Assembly (NCBI GenBank): GCA_965228875.1
Contig: OZ245843.1
Coordinates: 3,578,616 to 3,642,615, forward strand
Origin: Thalassobaculaceae bacterium
Lineage (GTDB): Bacteria; Pseudomonadota; Alphaproteobacteria; Thalassobaculales; Thalassobaculaceae
Reading direction: 5' to 3'
DNA length: 64,000 nt
Part shown: positions 1-10,424 of the stretch, in pieces
How the letters are laid out: the number at the start of each line of letters is the position of its first letter
How positions within the stretch are numbered: position 1 is the stretch's first letter
Position numbers and translations under genes: made by a program
The notes under the pieces: generated by a model
The model's input: the letters and a program-made list of their open reading frames with translations, nothing else
Database searches by the model: none
What the model was told of the DNA's origin: nothing

Positions 1-671
1 TTCATGATGAACTGCTCGGCGGTCTCGGCCGCCTTCGGCGACTTCGGGTCGACCACGCGCGTGGTGATCGGCTTGAACTTGCCCAGGATGTATTTCTTGA
101 TCTCCTGGAACTCGGCCTCGGAGATCTCGAAATAGGCGTCCGGTGCCGCGATCCCGTCGGTCTCGAGCCGATCGCGCAGCAGGAACGGGTCGAGCGACGG
201 CAACTCCTCGATCAGCTCGATCAGGCGACGGTCCAGGGCGACCGACCGGCCTTCCTCGTTGATGTTGAAGCCGGTGAGTTCGTACAACGCCTCGGCCCGG
301 CCGCGGGCCACGCTGAGATCAAGGCTGTTGCCGCCGCCGGCGATCGCGTCGATGTCGAACGGAATGTACAGGAAGGTCGCGATATCGCCCTTCTCCACCC
401 GGGCGGTCATATCGAAGGTGATGGTTTTCACTTCGCCGTTCTCGAGAATCTCGGCGGTGCTGCTGAGACCCGCGCCGGTATGCAGAGGCTGGGCGGCGTC
501 CTTCGGCCGTTTGATGAAGATGCAGTCGTTCAGGCCGCGATGGGAGAACAGAAACCTGTCGGCCGCTCCACCGGACGCCGCTTCAAGCTTGTGGGTGATC
601 TCCGCGACGTTGAAGATCCGGCTGGCGCCGGAGGCCAGCGTTTCGCGCAGCGCATGCTGTTCTGCGGCCAT
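1..671 (-). CDS. Conserved hypothetical protein (partial, runs off window start)
   Basis: Manually translated from ATG at 671: MAAEQHALRETLASGASRIFNV...LIEELPSLDPFLLRDRLE...; open to position 1; high-GC codon pattern; not in the ORF track because it is truncated. Confidence 0.75.
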   Translation of the reverse strand, partial: MAAEQHALRETLASGASRIFNVAEITHKLEAASGGAADRFLFSHRGLNDCIFIKRPKDAAQPLHTGAGLSSTAEILENGEVKTITFDMTARVEKGDIATFLYIPFDIDAIAGGGNSLDLSVARGRAEALYELTGFNINEEGRSVALDRRLIELIEELPSLDPFLLRDRLETDGIAAPDAYFEISEAEFQEIKKYILGKFKPITTRVVDPKSPKAAETAEQFIM

Positions 672-895
672 GGTTCGGGGTCGCGACCCTATCTTGACGT
701 CTCTGATGCGACGGGGAACCGACAATATTACCGTGGCCCGCCGGACGCAATTGACCGGCGGTTGTACGCGACGGAAGCCAGCGGACGGCCCCTCTCCAGA
801 CCCGAAGTTTGGCGGTGCCGCTCGCGTCCGGATCGGTTACACCTGTTGCCTCGGCCGTCCGGTCTTCTGGTCATGCACGACAGTGGGGAGTCGAA

Positions 896-1726
896 TTGTC
901 CAGCCACCGCCTCGCCGCATTCGCCCTGTGGCTCGCGTTTCTCGTCGTCGCCAGCCCGGCATCCGCCGAGCCGCCGGCCACCTTCGCGGGCCGGCCGAGC
1001 CTGACCTTCGTCTTCGAGACGCGGGCCAATCCGCCGCGCTACCTGGGCGAGGGGACGGCGATCAACTGGGATCGCCCGGGCCTGACCCTGGAACTCCTGA
1101 AACGCCTTGGCGAGCGGCTGCGGGTCAACCTGGAATTCCGACGCTACCCGTGGAAGCGCGGGCTCTACCTGGTGGAGACCGGCGAGGTCGACGGCATTTT
1201 CCACGCCAGCTACAAGATGGAGCGTGAGAAGATCGGCGTCTATCCGAAGACTCCCGACGGGATGGTCGATCCCGCCAGGGCCGTGTTCGTTCAATCCTAT
1301 GCGCTTCACGTTCTCAAGGGCTCCGAGGTCACCTGGGACGGCAAGGCGATCGGCGGGCTCGGCAACGCGGCGGTCGGCGCCACGGCCGGTTATTCCGTCA
1401 TCGCCGACCTGGAGAAGCTCGGGGTTCGGGTCGAGACCGGGCGGGTTCAGGAAATCAACCTGAACAAGCTGGTCGCCGGGCGCATCGCCGCCTATGCCGA
1501 GCTTGAGAACATGGCCGCGGCGGCGATCGCGGCGAACCCCGCCGCCTATTCCGATGTCGTGAGGCTGGAACCGCCGCTGATCTCCAAACCCTACTACCTG
1601 CTGCTGTCCCACGCCTTCGCCGACCGCGACCCCGCCCTGGCAAGCGCGGTCTTCGACACCATCGCCGAGATCAACGCCGACCCGGCGTTCCAGCGGATCG
1701 TCGCCCGCTACGCCGCGGGATCCTGA
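896..1726 (+). CDS. Periplasmic substrate-binding protein (family 3-like)
   Basis: Signal peptide ending ...ASPASA; PWKRGL...GEVDG and NLNKLVAGRI motifs; TTG start after GGGGAG (start uncertain). Confidence 0.8.
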   Translation: MSSHRLAAFALWLAFLVVASPASAEPPATFAGRPSLTFVFETRANPPRYLGEGTAINWDRPGLTLELLKRLGERLRVNLEFRRYPWKRGLYLVETGEVDGIFHASYKMEREKIGVYPKTPDGMVDPARAVFVQSYALHVLKGSEVTWDGKAIGGLGNAAVGATAGYSVIADLEKLGVRVETGRVQEINLNKLVAGRIAAYAELENMAAAAIAANPAAYSDVVRLEPPLISKPYYLLLSHAFADRDPALASAVFDTIAEINADPAFQRIVARYAAGS

Positions 1727-1734
1727 CCGGAATC

Positions 1735-3393
1735 ATGGTGACAGGGGACCAGAAGACGACCGCGGCCGGCCCGGCAGAGGGAACTTCGAGCCGGTCGGCG
1801 GTGACCGGGCGGCTGTTCCGGGTGGCGTTCCTGTTCTACCTGCTTGCCGCGGTCATCATAACCAGCGCCCTGATCGCGGAGACCTATCTGTCGGCGCGGT
1901 CCGACCTCGATCGCGAGCTGTCGATCTATCAGCGCACGCTGGAACGCACGCTCGCCAACCCGCTGTGGTCGCTCGATCTGGAGGAAGTGGAAAAGATCTC
2001 CGCCGGCATGGTCGAACTGCCGGAAATCGTGGGCGTTCGCGTGGCCGACCACAACCGGGCACGCGAACTGGCGCGCGCCGGGGCCGTGCCGGAGCCCCGC
2101 GATGCGCCCGACGCCGATGACGACGATGACGGCGATCTCGTCTCCGACCTGATCGGCGGCGAGATCGCCATTTCCTTCCCGGTCTATCACGACCATGCGG
2201 TCGGACGGGACAGGGTCGGGTACGCAACGATCTACTCCAGCCACCTGGTCGTCCTGGAGCGGGTCCGCTGGCGGGTCGTTCTGCTGCTGGCGACGGCGGC
2301 GCTGAAGACCCTGATCCTGTGGTTCATCTTCGACCGGGTCGGGCGGTCGATCCTGGTCCGGCCGATCACGACGCTCACCGAGGCGACACGGCGGACCGGG
2401 TTCGACCGGCTGGAGCCGGTGACCTTCGATGCGAAGACCGCCGCGGCGGCGGACGGAACCGAGATCGAGCTCCTGCGAAACGCCTTCAACGACATGATCG
2501 CCCATCTGCGCGAGAGTCGCGATGCGCTCTCGGCCCTGAATGCCGACCTGGAGGCGAGGGTCGCCGACCGCACCCGCGCGCTCGAGGCCCGGTCCTCCGA
2601 GGCGGCCGCGGCCACGGCGCGGGTCGAGCAGTCCCGCAGACAGGTGGCGGCCGCGCTCGAGGAAGCCGAGCGCGCGGCGCGGGCCAAGTCCGAGTTCCTG
2701 GCCCTGGTCAGCCACGAACTGCGCACGCCCTTGAACTCGGTTCTCGGGTTCTCGGAGCTGATCCAGCGGCAGGCGCAGCTCGGCCGCGATGCGATCGACC
2801 CGGGCCAGTTGGACAGCTACGCGGACGCGATCCACGACAGCGGGACCCAGCTCCTCACCCTCATCAACGACATCCTCGACCTGTCGCGCATCGAGGCTGG
2901 TCGGATGGAGGTGACGCCTGAGTGGATCGACACCGCCGCCACCACCCGGGCCATCGTCGAGGTGATGCGCGATCCGGCGACGCGGCAACGCCTCTCCCTC
3001 GAAAGCCGGCTCGCGGCGGACACGCCGATGCTGAAAGTCGACCCGCGACGCTATCGGCAGATGCTGATGAACCTGCTGTCGAATGCCCTGAAGTACACCG
3101 AGGCCGGCGGCGAGATCCGGGTCGATGCCGAGGACCGTGGTGATGGATGGCTGGAGATCGTCGTGTCGGACACGGGGGTCGGGATGCCCGCTTCCGACGT
3201 CGCCCGGGCCCTGGAGCCGTTCGGCCGAACCGGCGACCCCACCACGCGGCGCTTCGCCGGCGCCGGCATCGGGCTGCCGCTCGTCGCGCGGATGATGCAG
3301 CTTCACGGCGGTCGGCTGGTGATCGAGAGCTCGGTCGGCGAGGGAACCCGGGCGATCCTCCGGTTCCCACCGGCCTGCACTCGACGGTCCTGA
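1735..3393 (+). CDS. Membrane sensor histidine kinase (HAMP, HisKA, HATPase_c)
   Basis: Two TM segments; H-box VSHELRTPLN, N-box NLLSNALKY, DTGVG, GAGIGL. Confidence 0.93.
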   Translation: MVTGDQKTTAAGPAEGTSSRSAVTGRLFRVAFLFYLLAAVIITSALIAETYLSARSDLDRELSIYQRTLERTLANPLWSLDLEEVEKISAGMVELPEIVGVRVADHNRARELARAGAVPEPRDAPDADDDDDGDLVSDLIGGEIAISFPVYHDHAVGRDRVGYATIYSSHLVVLERVRWRVVLLLATAALKTLILWFIFDRVGRSILVRPITTLTEATRRTGFDRLEPVTFDAKTAAAADGTEIELLRNAFNDMIAHLRESRDALSALNADLEARVADRTRALEARSSEAAAATARVEQSRRQVAAALEEAERAARAKSEFLALVSHELRTPLNSVLGFSELIQRQAQLGRDAIDPGQLDSYADAIHDSGTQLLTLINDILDLSRIEAGRMEVTPEWIDTAATTRAIVEVMRDPATRQRLSLESRLAADTPMLKVDPRRYRQMLMNLLSNALKYTEAGGEIRVDAEDRGDGWLEIVVSDTGVGMPASDVARALEPFGRTGDPTTRRFAGAGIGLPLVARMMQLHGGRLVIESSVGEGTRAILRFPPACTRRS

Positions 3394-3461
3394 CTGTCTT
3401 TTCTCTATATTCCAGTTACTTCATCATATATCTTAAGCGGTGACATAAACTGGATTCACCG

Positions 3462-5546
3462 ATGGCTCGAGCCACTTCAAACAAGTCGTCCGCGCCCCGT
3501 CCGACAAAGGCGAAGAGTGCCGGGAAACCCGCCGGCACCGGGACTACGCGCAAGGCCGGCGCCCCGCCCTCCAAGCAATCGGCTTCCAGGAAGACGGCTC
3601 CCAAGCAATCGGCCCCCAAGCAATCGGCGGCGAAAGCGCCGGCCGGAGCGAAGCCCCGGCGGCGCTCCAACGCCGGCGGCCGAAGATCCGGAAGCCGCAC
3701 TCCGGCGGGTCGGCGGCGGCTGCTGGGCCGGCTGCTTCGGCCAGTCCTGAAATGGGGATTCCTCGCGTCGTTCTGGGGCGCCATCGCCTTGGCCGGGGTA
3801 CTCGCCTGGCATGCCTATCAGCTCCCCGACATCACCGACCTTGAGCGCTACACCCGACCGGGGTCGGTCCGGATGACCGCCGAGAGCGGGGCGATGTTCG
3901 CGTCCTATGGACCGCTGCACGGCGAGCCGGTGTCCGTCGCGCAGATGTCGCCGCACCTGCCCGCCGCCGTCATCGCCATCGAGGACCGGCGGTTCCGAAG
4001 CCATTTCGGCATCGATCCGATCGGCCTCGCCCGCGCCATGTGGGTGAACCTGCGCGCCGGCCGCGTGGTTCAGGGCGGCAGCACCCTGACCCAGCAGCTG
4101 GCCAAGAACGTGTTCCTGACCCACGACCGCAGCCTGTCGCGGAAGATCCAGGAACTGCTGCTCGCCGTCTGGCTCGAGCAGACCTTCAGCAAGGACGAGA
4201 TCCTGTCGATCTATCTGAACCGGGTCTATTTCGGCGCCGGCGCCTACGGGGTCGACGCGGCAGCGCGGAAATATTTCGCCCGGACCGCGCGCGACCTGTC
4301 GCTCGGTGAGGCGGCGCTGCTCGCCGGCATGCTGAAGGGACCGTCGCGCTACAGCCCGGCCGCCGACGCCGACCGAGCGCTGCGGCGCACGGCCACCGTT
4401 CTCCTCGCCATGGCCGAGACCGGTCATATCGACCGCGACACCGCCCGCCGGGTGGCCGCCGCCCCCTACCGCCTGCGCGGCCCGGTGGGGCGCGGTGCCG
4501 GCCATCGGTACTATACCGACTGGGTGTACGATCAGGTCCCGAGCTTCGTCGGTACCCGGTCGGACGATCTCGCCGTCTCGACCACGTTGGATCTGCGCCT
4601 GCAGACCCTGGCCGAGCAAGCGGTCGCCCGCGGGCTCGCCAAGGGCCGGGCCGAGGGCGCCGGTCAGGCGGCGCTGGTGGCCCTCGACCCACGGTCCGGC
4701 GCGGTCCGGGCCATGGTCGGCGGGGCCAGTTTCCGCACCAGCCAGTTCAACCGGGCGGTCCAGGCCCGGCGCCAGCCCGGTTCGCTCTTCAAGCCGGTGG
4801 TCTTCCTCGCCGCCCTGGAACAGGGGTGGTCGCCCGACGACCGGATCGACGACGCGCCGGTCGCGATCGACGGCTGGTCGCCGGGCAATTTCGACGGTCG
4901 CCATCTCGGCGCGCTCACCCTCACCGACGCGCTCGCCCAGAGCCGCAACGCCGCCACGATCCGCCTGCAGGAGCGGGTCGGTCGCGGCCGGGTGCGCGAC
5001 GTCGCCAGGCGTCTGGGCGTCGGCGCCTCCCTGACCCCGGGACCGAGCCTGGGCCTGGGCGTGGACGAGATGAGCCCGCTCGACCTGGCCGGGCTCTACG
5101 CCAGCTTCGCCAACGGCGGCCGGCCGGTCACGCCCCACGGGATAGAAGCCATCCGGTCCGCGGGCCAGTCGGTCCTGTACCGCCGTGCCGGGTCCGGCCT
5201 GCCGGCGCAGGTCTCGGCGCGGGCCGCCGGCCAGCTCACGGCGATGCTGGCCGAGACCGTCACCCGCGGCACCGGGCACCGCGCCGCCCTGGACCGCCCC
5301 GTCGCCGGCAAGACAGGGACCAGCCAGAACCACCGCGACGCCTGGTTCGCCGGCTACACGGCGGATCTCGTCGCCGTGGTCTGGATCGGAAACGACGACG
5401 GAACGGCGATGGACCGGGTGGCCGGCGGCGGTCTGCCGGCGGAGGTCTTTCGCGATTTCATGACGGCGGCACATGAGGGCCTGCCCCGCCGGGCGCTGAT
5501 CGGAACGACGTCGAGAAGCCTGGCTGCCCGTCCGACACCCGACTGA
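3462..5546 (+). CDS. Class A penicillin-binding protein (PBP1A family transglycosylase/transpeptidase)
   Basis: EDRRF, QGGSTLTQQLAKN, RKIQE, QPGSLFKP (SxxK), SRN, GKTGT; basic low-complexity N-terminus with PKQSA repeats. Confidence 0.93.
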   Translation: MARATSNKSSAPRPTKAKSAGKPAGTGTTRKAGAPPSKQSASRKTAPKQSAPKQSAAKAPAGAKPRRRSNAGGRRSGSRTPAGRRRLLGRLLRPVLKWGFLASFWGAIALAGVLAWHAYQLPDITDLERYTRPGSVRMTAESGAMFASYGPLHGEPVSVAQMSPHLPAAVIAIEDRRFRSHFGIDPIGLARAMWVNLRAGRVVQGGSTLTQQLAKNVFLTHDRSLSRKIQELLLAVWLEQTFSKDEILSIYLNRVYFGAGAYGVDAAARKYFARTARDLSLGEAALLAGMLKGPSRYSPAADADRALRRTATVLLAMAETGHIDRDTARRVAAAPYRLRGPVGRGAGHRYYTDWVYDQVPSFVGTRSDDLAVSTTLDLRLQTLAEQAVARGLAKGRAEGAGQAALVALDPRSGAVRAMVGGASFRTSQFNRAVQARRQPGSLFKPVVFLAALEQGWSPDDRIDDAPVAIDGWSPGNFDGRHLGALTLTDALAQSRNAATIRLQERVGRGRVRDVARRLGVGASLTPGPSLGLGVDEMSPLDLAGLYASFANGGRPVTPHGIEAIRSAGQSVLYRRAGSGLPAQVSARAAGQLTAMLAETVTRGTGHRAALDRPVAGKTGTSQNHRDAWFAGYTADLVAVVWIGNDDGTAMDRVAGGGLPAEVFRDFMTAAHEGLPRRALIGTTSRSLAARPTPD

Positions 5547-5624
5547 GCGGACCTTCCCCGGGCGAACGGACGCGCGGAAAACGGCCCGGCGCTCAGCCTT
5601 CAAGACACCCGCGGCAACGGCGGA

Positions 5625-5855
5625 TCAGGCAGCGCGCACCGCGGCGGGGAGCGGGTCGGCCGGCATGCCGGGGAGCGGACCGGTGACGTGCGTCGGCGCG
5701 CGCTCGGCCAGCATCTCGCGGATCAGATCCTTGCACTTTCCGCATTGCGGGACGGCACCACAGGCTCTGTAGACCTGACCGACGGTCTCGGCGCCGTCGT
5801 CGATGGCCTCGGTCACGGTGCGGGTGTTGAGCGCGTTGCAGACGCAGACATACAT
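5625..5855 (-). CDS. bfd: Bacterioferritin-associated [2Fe-2S] ferredoxin
   Basis: MYVCVCN...CGKC motif, 76 aa. Confidence 0.88.
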   Translation of the reverse strand: MYVCVCNALNTRTVTEAIDDGAETVGQVYRACGAVPQCGKCKDLIREMLAERAPTHVTGPLPGMPADPLPAAVRAA

Positions 5856-5891
5856 CGGCGAGTCCTCAATTTTGAGGTAAGCTCGCGCTCC

Positions 5892-5908
5892 TGCGACTGA
5901 TTGTCAAT
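5892..5908. promoter_or_regulatory. Putative Fur/Mur-family iron box upstream of bfd
   Basis: TGCGACTGATTGTCAAT; 13/17 identical to the site upstream of bfr. Confidence 0.5.
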
Positions 5909-5938
5909 AGCGAGAACGCCGGGGGTGCGCCGGCGCCG

Positions 5939-6616
5939 TCACGGATCGCCGGGAACCCCGTAGCTCGGGGCCCGGGACGGGTCCAGCGCGCGGGTCACGT
6001 AGCTGTCCATCTCCGGCTTCCAGCGCTCCCAGAGCGCGGTTAGCGCACCGATCGGATCGTCAGCGTCGTCGACCCGCAGGTCCGCCACCGGCCACGGTAC
6101 ATCCGCCGCCTGGATCAGCAGTCCGGCCGAGCGGACCGGGCCGGCCTCGCCGCCGGCCGCCTGCCCGGCCCGCAGCGCACGCACCAGCCTCTTGCCGAAC
6201 GACCGGGCGGCCCGCGCCTCGAACGCATCGACCATGGCGGCAACGACCGCCTCGTCCGCCAGCAGGTTGCCGGCGGCGACGCAGTTCCCGCCTTCCGCGG
6301 TGGCGTAGGTGCCCAGGGTCTCCGGTCCGCTGAACGCCGCCGTGCCGCCCGCGCCATCGATGACCGCGACCTGGCGGTAAGCGATATGCGGCGTGGTCTC
6401 GATGATCCGATCCAGAACGCTGCGCGCCGGAAGACCGGTCTCCAGCAGCCCCAGCGCGCGTGGTCCGATGCGCGGGTCGGTGATGTTCTGGGTCGCGACC
6501 GCGCCGACGCGCGCGCGGGCGAACGCGCAGCGCGCGGCCACCGCCACGGAGGAGGAACTGACGACGATGCCGAAGGCGCCGGTCTCCGCGCAGCGGGCGA
6601 TCAGGGAGAAGGTCAC
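5939..6616 (-). CDS. DUF1028 family protein (Ntn-hydrolase-like)
   Basis: GTG start then TFSLIARCAETGAFG..., GAVATQ, AAGNLL, GGE..PVRSA, DLRVD; the ORF-track start (7513) is over-extended. Confidence 0.88.
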   Translation of the reverse strand: MTFSLIARCAETGAFGIVVSSSSVAVAARCAFARARVGAVATQNITDPRIGPRALGLLETGLPARSVLDRIIETTPHIAYRQVAVIDGAGGTAAFSGPETLGTYATAEGGNCVAAGNLLADEAVVAAMVDAFEARAARSFGKRLVRALRAGQAAGGEAGPVRSAGLLIQAADVPWPVADLRVDDADDPIGALTALWERWKPEMDSYVTRALDPSRAPSYGVPGDP

Positions 6617-6703
6617 GGCGGCACTCCGTCGGGTCGCGACACGGGAAGACCGACACGCTATACCGGCCCCGGCACAGGGACAATCCAGCGGGAGGCGGAG
6701 CAG

Positions 6704-7675
6704 ATGCGGATCGGGGTGATCGGAGCGGGAGCGGTCGGCGGGTTCATGGCCGGACATCTGGCGCGGGCCGGAACCGAGGTCGCGGTGCTGGCGCGTGGAC
6801 CGCATCTGGCCGCCATCCGGGAGCGCGGGCTTACCGTCGAGACCCGGGGCGAGCGCTGGACCTCGCGAATTGCAGCCAGCGACCAGGCCGCGGAGCTTGG
6901 CGCCGTCGATGTGATCGTGGTCACCGCCAAGGGCCCGGCCCTGCCGGCGATCGCCCAGGCGATCCGACCGATGCTCGGCGCCGAGACCCCGGTCGTCTGC
7001 GCGATGAACGGCATTCCCTGGTGGTACGAGTACCGGCGTCCCGGCGGGACCGACGCGCCGATCGAGCGGCTGGACCCCGGCGGCGCGGTCTGGTCCACCA
7101 TCGGCCCGGCCCGCGCCATCGGCTGCATGATCGACTGCCCCGCGGCCGTGGTCGAACCCGGCCATGTCCGTCATGTGGCGCCGCGTCCGGGTATCTTCAC
7201 CCTGGGGGAACCGGACGGGTCCGACAGCGAGCGCGTGCGCGCTCTCGCCGGGGTGCTCGAAGCGGCCGGGATGGGGGCGCCGGTGACGACGGAGATCCGC
7301 CACGCGATCTGGGCCAAGCTGCTGATCAACGCCTCGCGCTCGCCGCTCGGCGTGCTCACCGGCTCGACCGAGCGCGGGCTGGCGGAGAACCCCGAGACCC
7401 TCGCCGTGACCCTGTCGATCATGCGCGAGGCGCAGGCGGTGGCCCGCTCCCACGGCATCGAGGTCACGGTGGACGAAGCCGGTCAGAGCGACCCGACGCA
7501 GCGCTCGCTCCATCGCCCATCCATGCTGCAGGACTGGGATCTCGGCCGGCCGATGGAGATCGACGGCATCGTGCGTGTCATACAGGATTTCGGCCGCGTC
7601 GCCGGGATCGCGACGCCGACCCTGGACACGGTAGCCGCCCTTCTCGGCGAAAAGGCAAGGGTGGCGGGCATTTAG
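6704..7675 (+). CDS. Ketopantoate reductase (PanE/ApbA) family oxidoreductase
   Basis: MRIGVIGAGAVGG Rossmann motif, NGIPWW, IWAKL, PSMLQD...E; GGAGG RBS. Confidence 0.88.
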   Translation: MRIGVIGAGAVGGFMAGHLARAGTEVAVLARGPHLAAIRERGLTVETRGERWTSRIAASDQAAELGAVDVIVVTAKGPALPAIAQAIRPMLGAETPVVCAMNGIPWWYEYRRPGGTDAPIERLDPGGAVWSTIGPARAIGCMIDCPAAVVEPGHVRHVAPRPGIFTLGEPDGSDSERVRALAGVLEAAGMGAPVTTEIRHAIWAKLLINASRSPLGVLTGSTERGLAENPETLAVTLSIMREAQAVARSHGIEVTVDEAGQSDPTQRSLHRPSMLQDWDLGRPMEIDGIVRVIQDFGRVAGIATPTLDTVAALLGEKARVAGI

Positions 7676-7746
7676 AGCGCTTCAACCCACTCCCCGAATG
7701 AATTTCGGGGAGCGGTGGAGGGATTGGAGAGAAAGAAAGAGCGCCC

Positions 7747-7962
7747 TCACCGCTTCTGCCGTGCCGCAACGGCGGCAACCGCCCCCAGCCCCAGCCCGGT
7801 GCCCATGGCACTGCCGATCGGGATGGCGTAGGCCAGCGTGCCGGTGAGCGTTCCCACCATCACGCCGGCGACCGTGCCCAGCACAGTTCCGGCGATCAGG
7901 CAGACGAACACCACCGGCTGGCCGAGCGGCAGGTGGTCCCGTTCAGAACGTGGTCGGGCCAT
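7747..7962 (-). CDS. Small hydrophobic membrane protein, hypothetical
   Basis: 71 aa, two Gly-rich hydrophobic segments; overlaps the end of the upstream aminotransferase. Confidence 0.5.
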   Translation of the reverse strand: MARPRSERDHLPLGQPVVFVCLIAGTVLGTVAGVMVGTLTGTLAYAIPIGSAMGTGLGLGAVAAVAARQKR

Positions 7963-9181
7963 TCGCTTTCTTGTAGGCGGTGACGTGGTCGACGGCCGCG
8001 GTGACGCCGCCGGGGGTGTACGGCACGTCGAGGAAGGCCAGAGTCGATTCCACCGCCGCGATCGCCGCGTAGAGCATCGGCGCGTTCATGTCGCCCATGT
8101 GCCCGATGCGGAACGCCTTGCCGTTGAGCGCGCCCAGGCCGCCGCCCAGGCCGACCATCATCTCGTCGCGACAGACCTCGCGGATTCGGTTGGCGTCGAT
8201 GCCGTCGGCCACGCGGATCGCGGTCACCCCGACCGAGCGGTGCTCCGCGACAAGGGCGTTGAGTTCCAGCGCGCCGGCGCCGGCCCACACCTCGACCGCC
8301 TTGTGGGTCGCCTGGGCCAGCACCCGATGACGCTCGAAACAGCGCTCCAGCCCCTCCTCGAACAGGGTGCGCAGCCCTTCGCGCAGGCCAAAGATCTGAA
8401 GCTGCGGGGAGGTGCCGCAGAAGGTCCGGTAGCCCGGCCCCGACATCCGCGGCGTCCAGTCCCAGTAGCGACGCGGATTGGCGTTCGCCTTGTGAACCGC
8501 GACGGCCTTCTCGTTGGCGGCGACGAAGCCGAGACCCGGCGCCATCATCAGCCCCTTCTGCGAGGCGGCGATGGCGACGTCGACCCCCCAGGCGTCCATC
8601 TGGAAGTCGACGGTTCCAAGCGAGGCGATGGTGTCGACCATCAGCAGCGCGCCGTGACCGGCCTCGTCCATCTCCCGACGTACCGCCGGCACGTCGCTGG
8701 TGATCGAGGTTCCGGTATCGGTGTGCACCAGAAGCACCGCCTTGATCCGGCCTTCCCTGTCCTCGGCCAGCGCCTGGCCGACCGCCTTCGGGTCGAGCGC
8801 CTCGCGCCAGCTCCCCGGAACGGTCTGGATCACGATGCCGAGCGCCTCGGCCATATCGGTCCAGCTGCCGGAGAAGTGACCGGTCTCCGGCACCAGCGCG
8901 ACGTCGCCGGGCTTCAGCGTGTTCACCAGGGCGGCTTCCCAGGCCCCGTGACCGTTGGAGATGTAGGTGAAGATCTCGCCCTCGGTCCTGAAGACCTTGC
9001 GCAGCGCCTCGAAGGATTCGACGGCGGCCTCGACGAACTCCGGATCGTTCAGATCGATGGTGTCGCGGTGCATGGCGTTCAGCACGCGCTGGGGCACGTT
9101 GGTCGGGCCGGGCGTGTTCAGGAACTTGCGGCCGCGCTTGAGGGCGGTGTTGGGTCGGGCGGACACGGAATCGGGGGCCAT
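7943..9181 (-). CDS. Class V PLP aminotransferase (serine-glyoxylate/alanine-glyoxylate type)
   Basis: TPGPTNVP, VHTDTGT, VDTIASLG, ASQKGLM (PLP Lys), FRIGHMG. Confidence 0.9.
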   Translation of the reverse strand: MAPDSVSARPNTALKRGRKFLNTPGPTNVPQRVLNAMHRDTIDLNDPEFVEAAVESFEALRKVFRTEGEIFTYISNGHGAWEAALVNTLKPGDVALVPETGHFSGSWTDMAEALGIVIQTVPGSWREALDPKAVGQALAEDREGRIKAVLLVHTDTGTSITSDVPAVRREMDEAGHGALLMVDTIASLGTVDFQMDAWGVDVAIAASQKGLMMAPGLGFVAANEKAVAVHKANANPRRYWDWTPRMSGPGYRTFCGTSPQLQIFGLREGLRTLFEEGLERCFERHRVLAQATHKAVEVWAGAGALELNALVAEHRSVGVTAIRVADGIDANRIREVCRDEMMVGLGGGLGALNGKAFRIGHMGDMNAPMLYAAIAAVESTLAFLDVPYTPGGVTAAVDHVTAYKKANGPTTF

Positions 9182-9290
9182 TGGCGGGGGGATCCTCCTG
9201 GCAGCAGGGCGGTATGTTATTTTTTTGGTTGACACGCGAGAGCACTCAACGCTTCGGACCATAATCCAAACTCGAGGCGCGCTCACGACA

Positions 9291-10424
9291 TTATTGGGCC
9301 GTCCCTGCCGGAATCTGCTGGGTGATGCAGTGAATGTTTCCGCCACCGAGCAGGATCTCGCGAGCCGGAAGGCCGACCACTTCCCGCCCCGGCAAGGCGT
9401 CGGCGATGATCCGGCAGGCCGCCTCATCGGTCCGCGGGTCGAGCAGCGGCACCAGCACCCGCCCCTCGACCAGGTAGAAGTTGGCATAGGATCCGGCGAG
9501 CCGGTCGCCGGCCGCCCGCGGCTTGCCGCCCGGCGCCGGCACCACCCCCGCGGCCTCCTCCCCGGTCATATGGAGCGGGCCCGGCATCGGCAGCTTCACC
9601 ACCTCGAACGGCGCGCCGTCCCCGTCGCGCGCCGAATCCAGCGCCGCCAGCGCCTCGACCGAGCGGGCATGCTGCGGGTCGTCCGGGTCATCGCACCACG
9701 TCAGCATGACAAGGCCCGGGGCCGGCACATGCAGCAGGTTGTCGACATGGCCGGTGGTCTCGTCCTCGAACACGCCGCGCGGCAGCCAGACCACCCGCTC
9801 GGCGCCGGTATAGGCCCGCAGCGACGCCTCGCAGGCGTCGCGGCCGAGACCGGCATTGCGACCGGGGCTGAGTACGCACTCCTCGGTGACGAACAGGGTG
9901 CCGCGCCCGTCGCTGTGCAGGCCGCCCCCCTCCTGGATCAGCGGCGCCCGGTAGCGCGGCATCCCCTCCGCCGCCGCCACCCGGGCCGCGACCGCGTCGT
10001 CGGCCCGCCAGTCGGGATACAGCCCGTGTACCGCACCGCCCCACGCATTGAAGGTCCAGTCCACCGCCCGCCGCCGCCCGGCTTCGTCGACCACGACCGT
10101 CGGTCCGACGTCGCGCATCCAGGCGTCGTCGCTCTCCAGTTCGACCAGCCGCACCGTCGACGGCAGGCAGGCGCGGGCCCGCGCGATCCGACGCGGCGAG
10201 ACGCCGACGGTCAGCGGCTCGGCGGCGACGATCGCCTCGGCGACCGCGGCGAAGGCCCCTTCCGCCGGGCGGGCGTCGTCGCGCCAGGTATCGCCGCGCT
10301 CCGGCCACAGCATCCAGGTTCCGGCATGGGGTTCGAACTCGCCGGGCATGCGGAACCCGTCCGCCGCCGGGGTACCCGGCAGCGGGTCTAGTATCGGCTC
10401 TACCAGCAACTCTACTGGCCCCAT
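9291..10424 (-). CDS. aguA: Agmatine deiminase
   Basis: RMPGEFEPH, DAWMRDVGP, FNAWGG, EGGG, DETTGHVDN, GGGNIHCITQQ; start approximate. Confidence 0.92.
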   Translation of the reverse strand: MGPVELLVEPILDPLPGTPAADGFRMPGEFEPHAGTWMLWPERGDTWRDDARPAEGAFAAVAEAIVAAEPLTVGVSPRRIARARACLPSTVRLVELESDDAWMRDVGPTVVVDEAGRRRAVDWTFNAWGGAVHGLYPDWRADDAVAARVAAAEGMPRYRAPLIQEGGGLHSDGRGTLFVTEECVLSPGRNAGLGRDACEASLRAYTGAERVVWLPRGVFEDETTGHVDNLLHVPAPGLVMLTWCDDPDDPQHARSVEALAALDSARDGDGAPFEVVKLPMPGPLHMTGEEAAGVVPAPGGKPRAAGDRLAGSYANFYLVEGRVLVPLLDPRTDEAACRIIADALPGREVVGLPAREILLGGGNIHCITQQIPAGTAQ

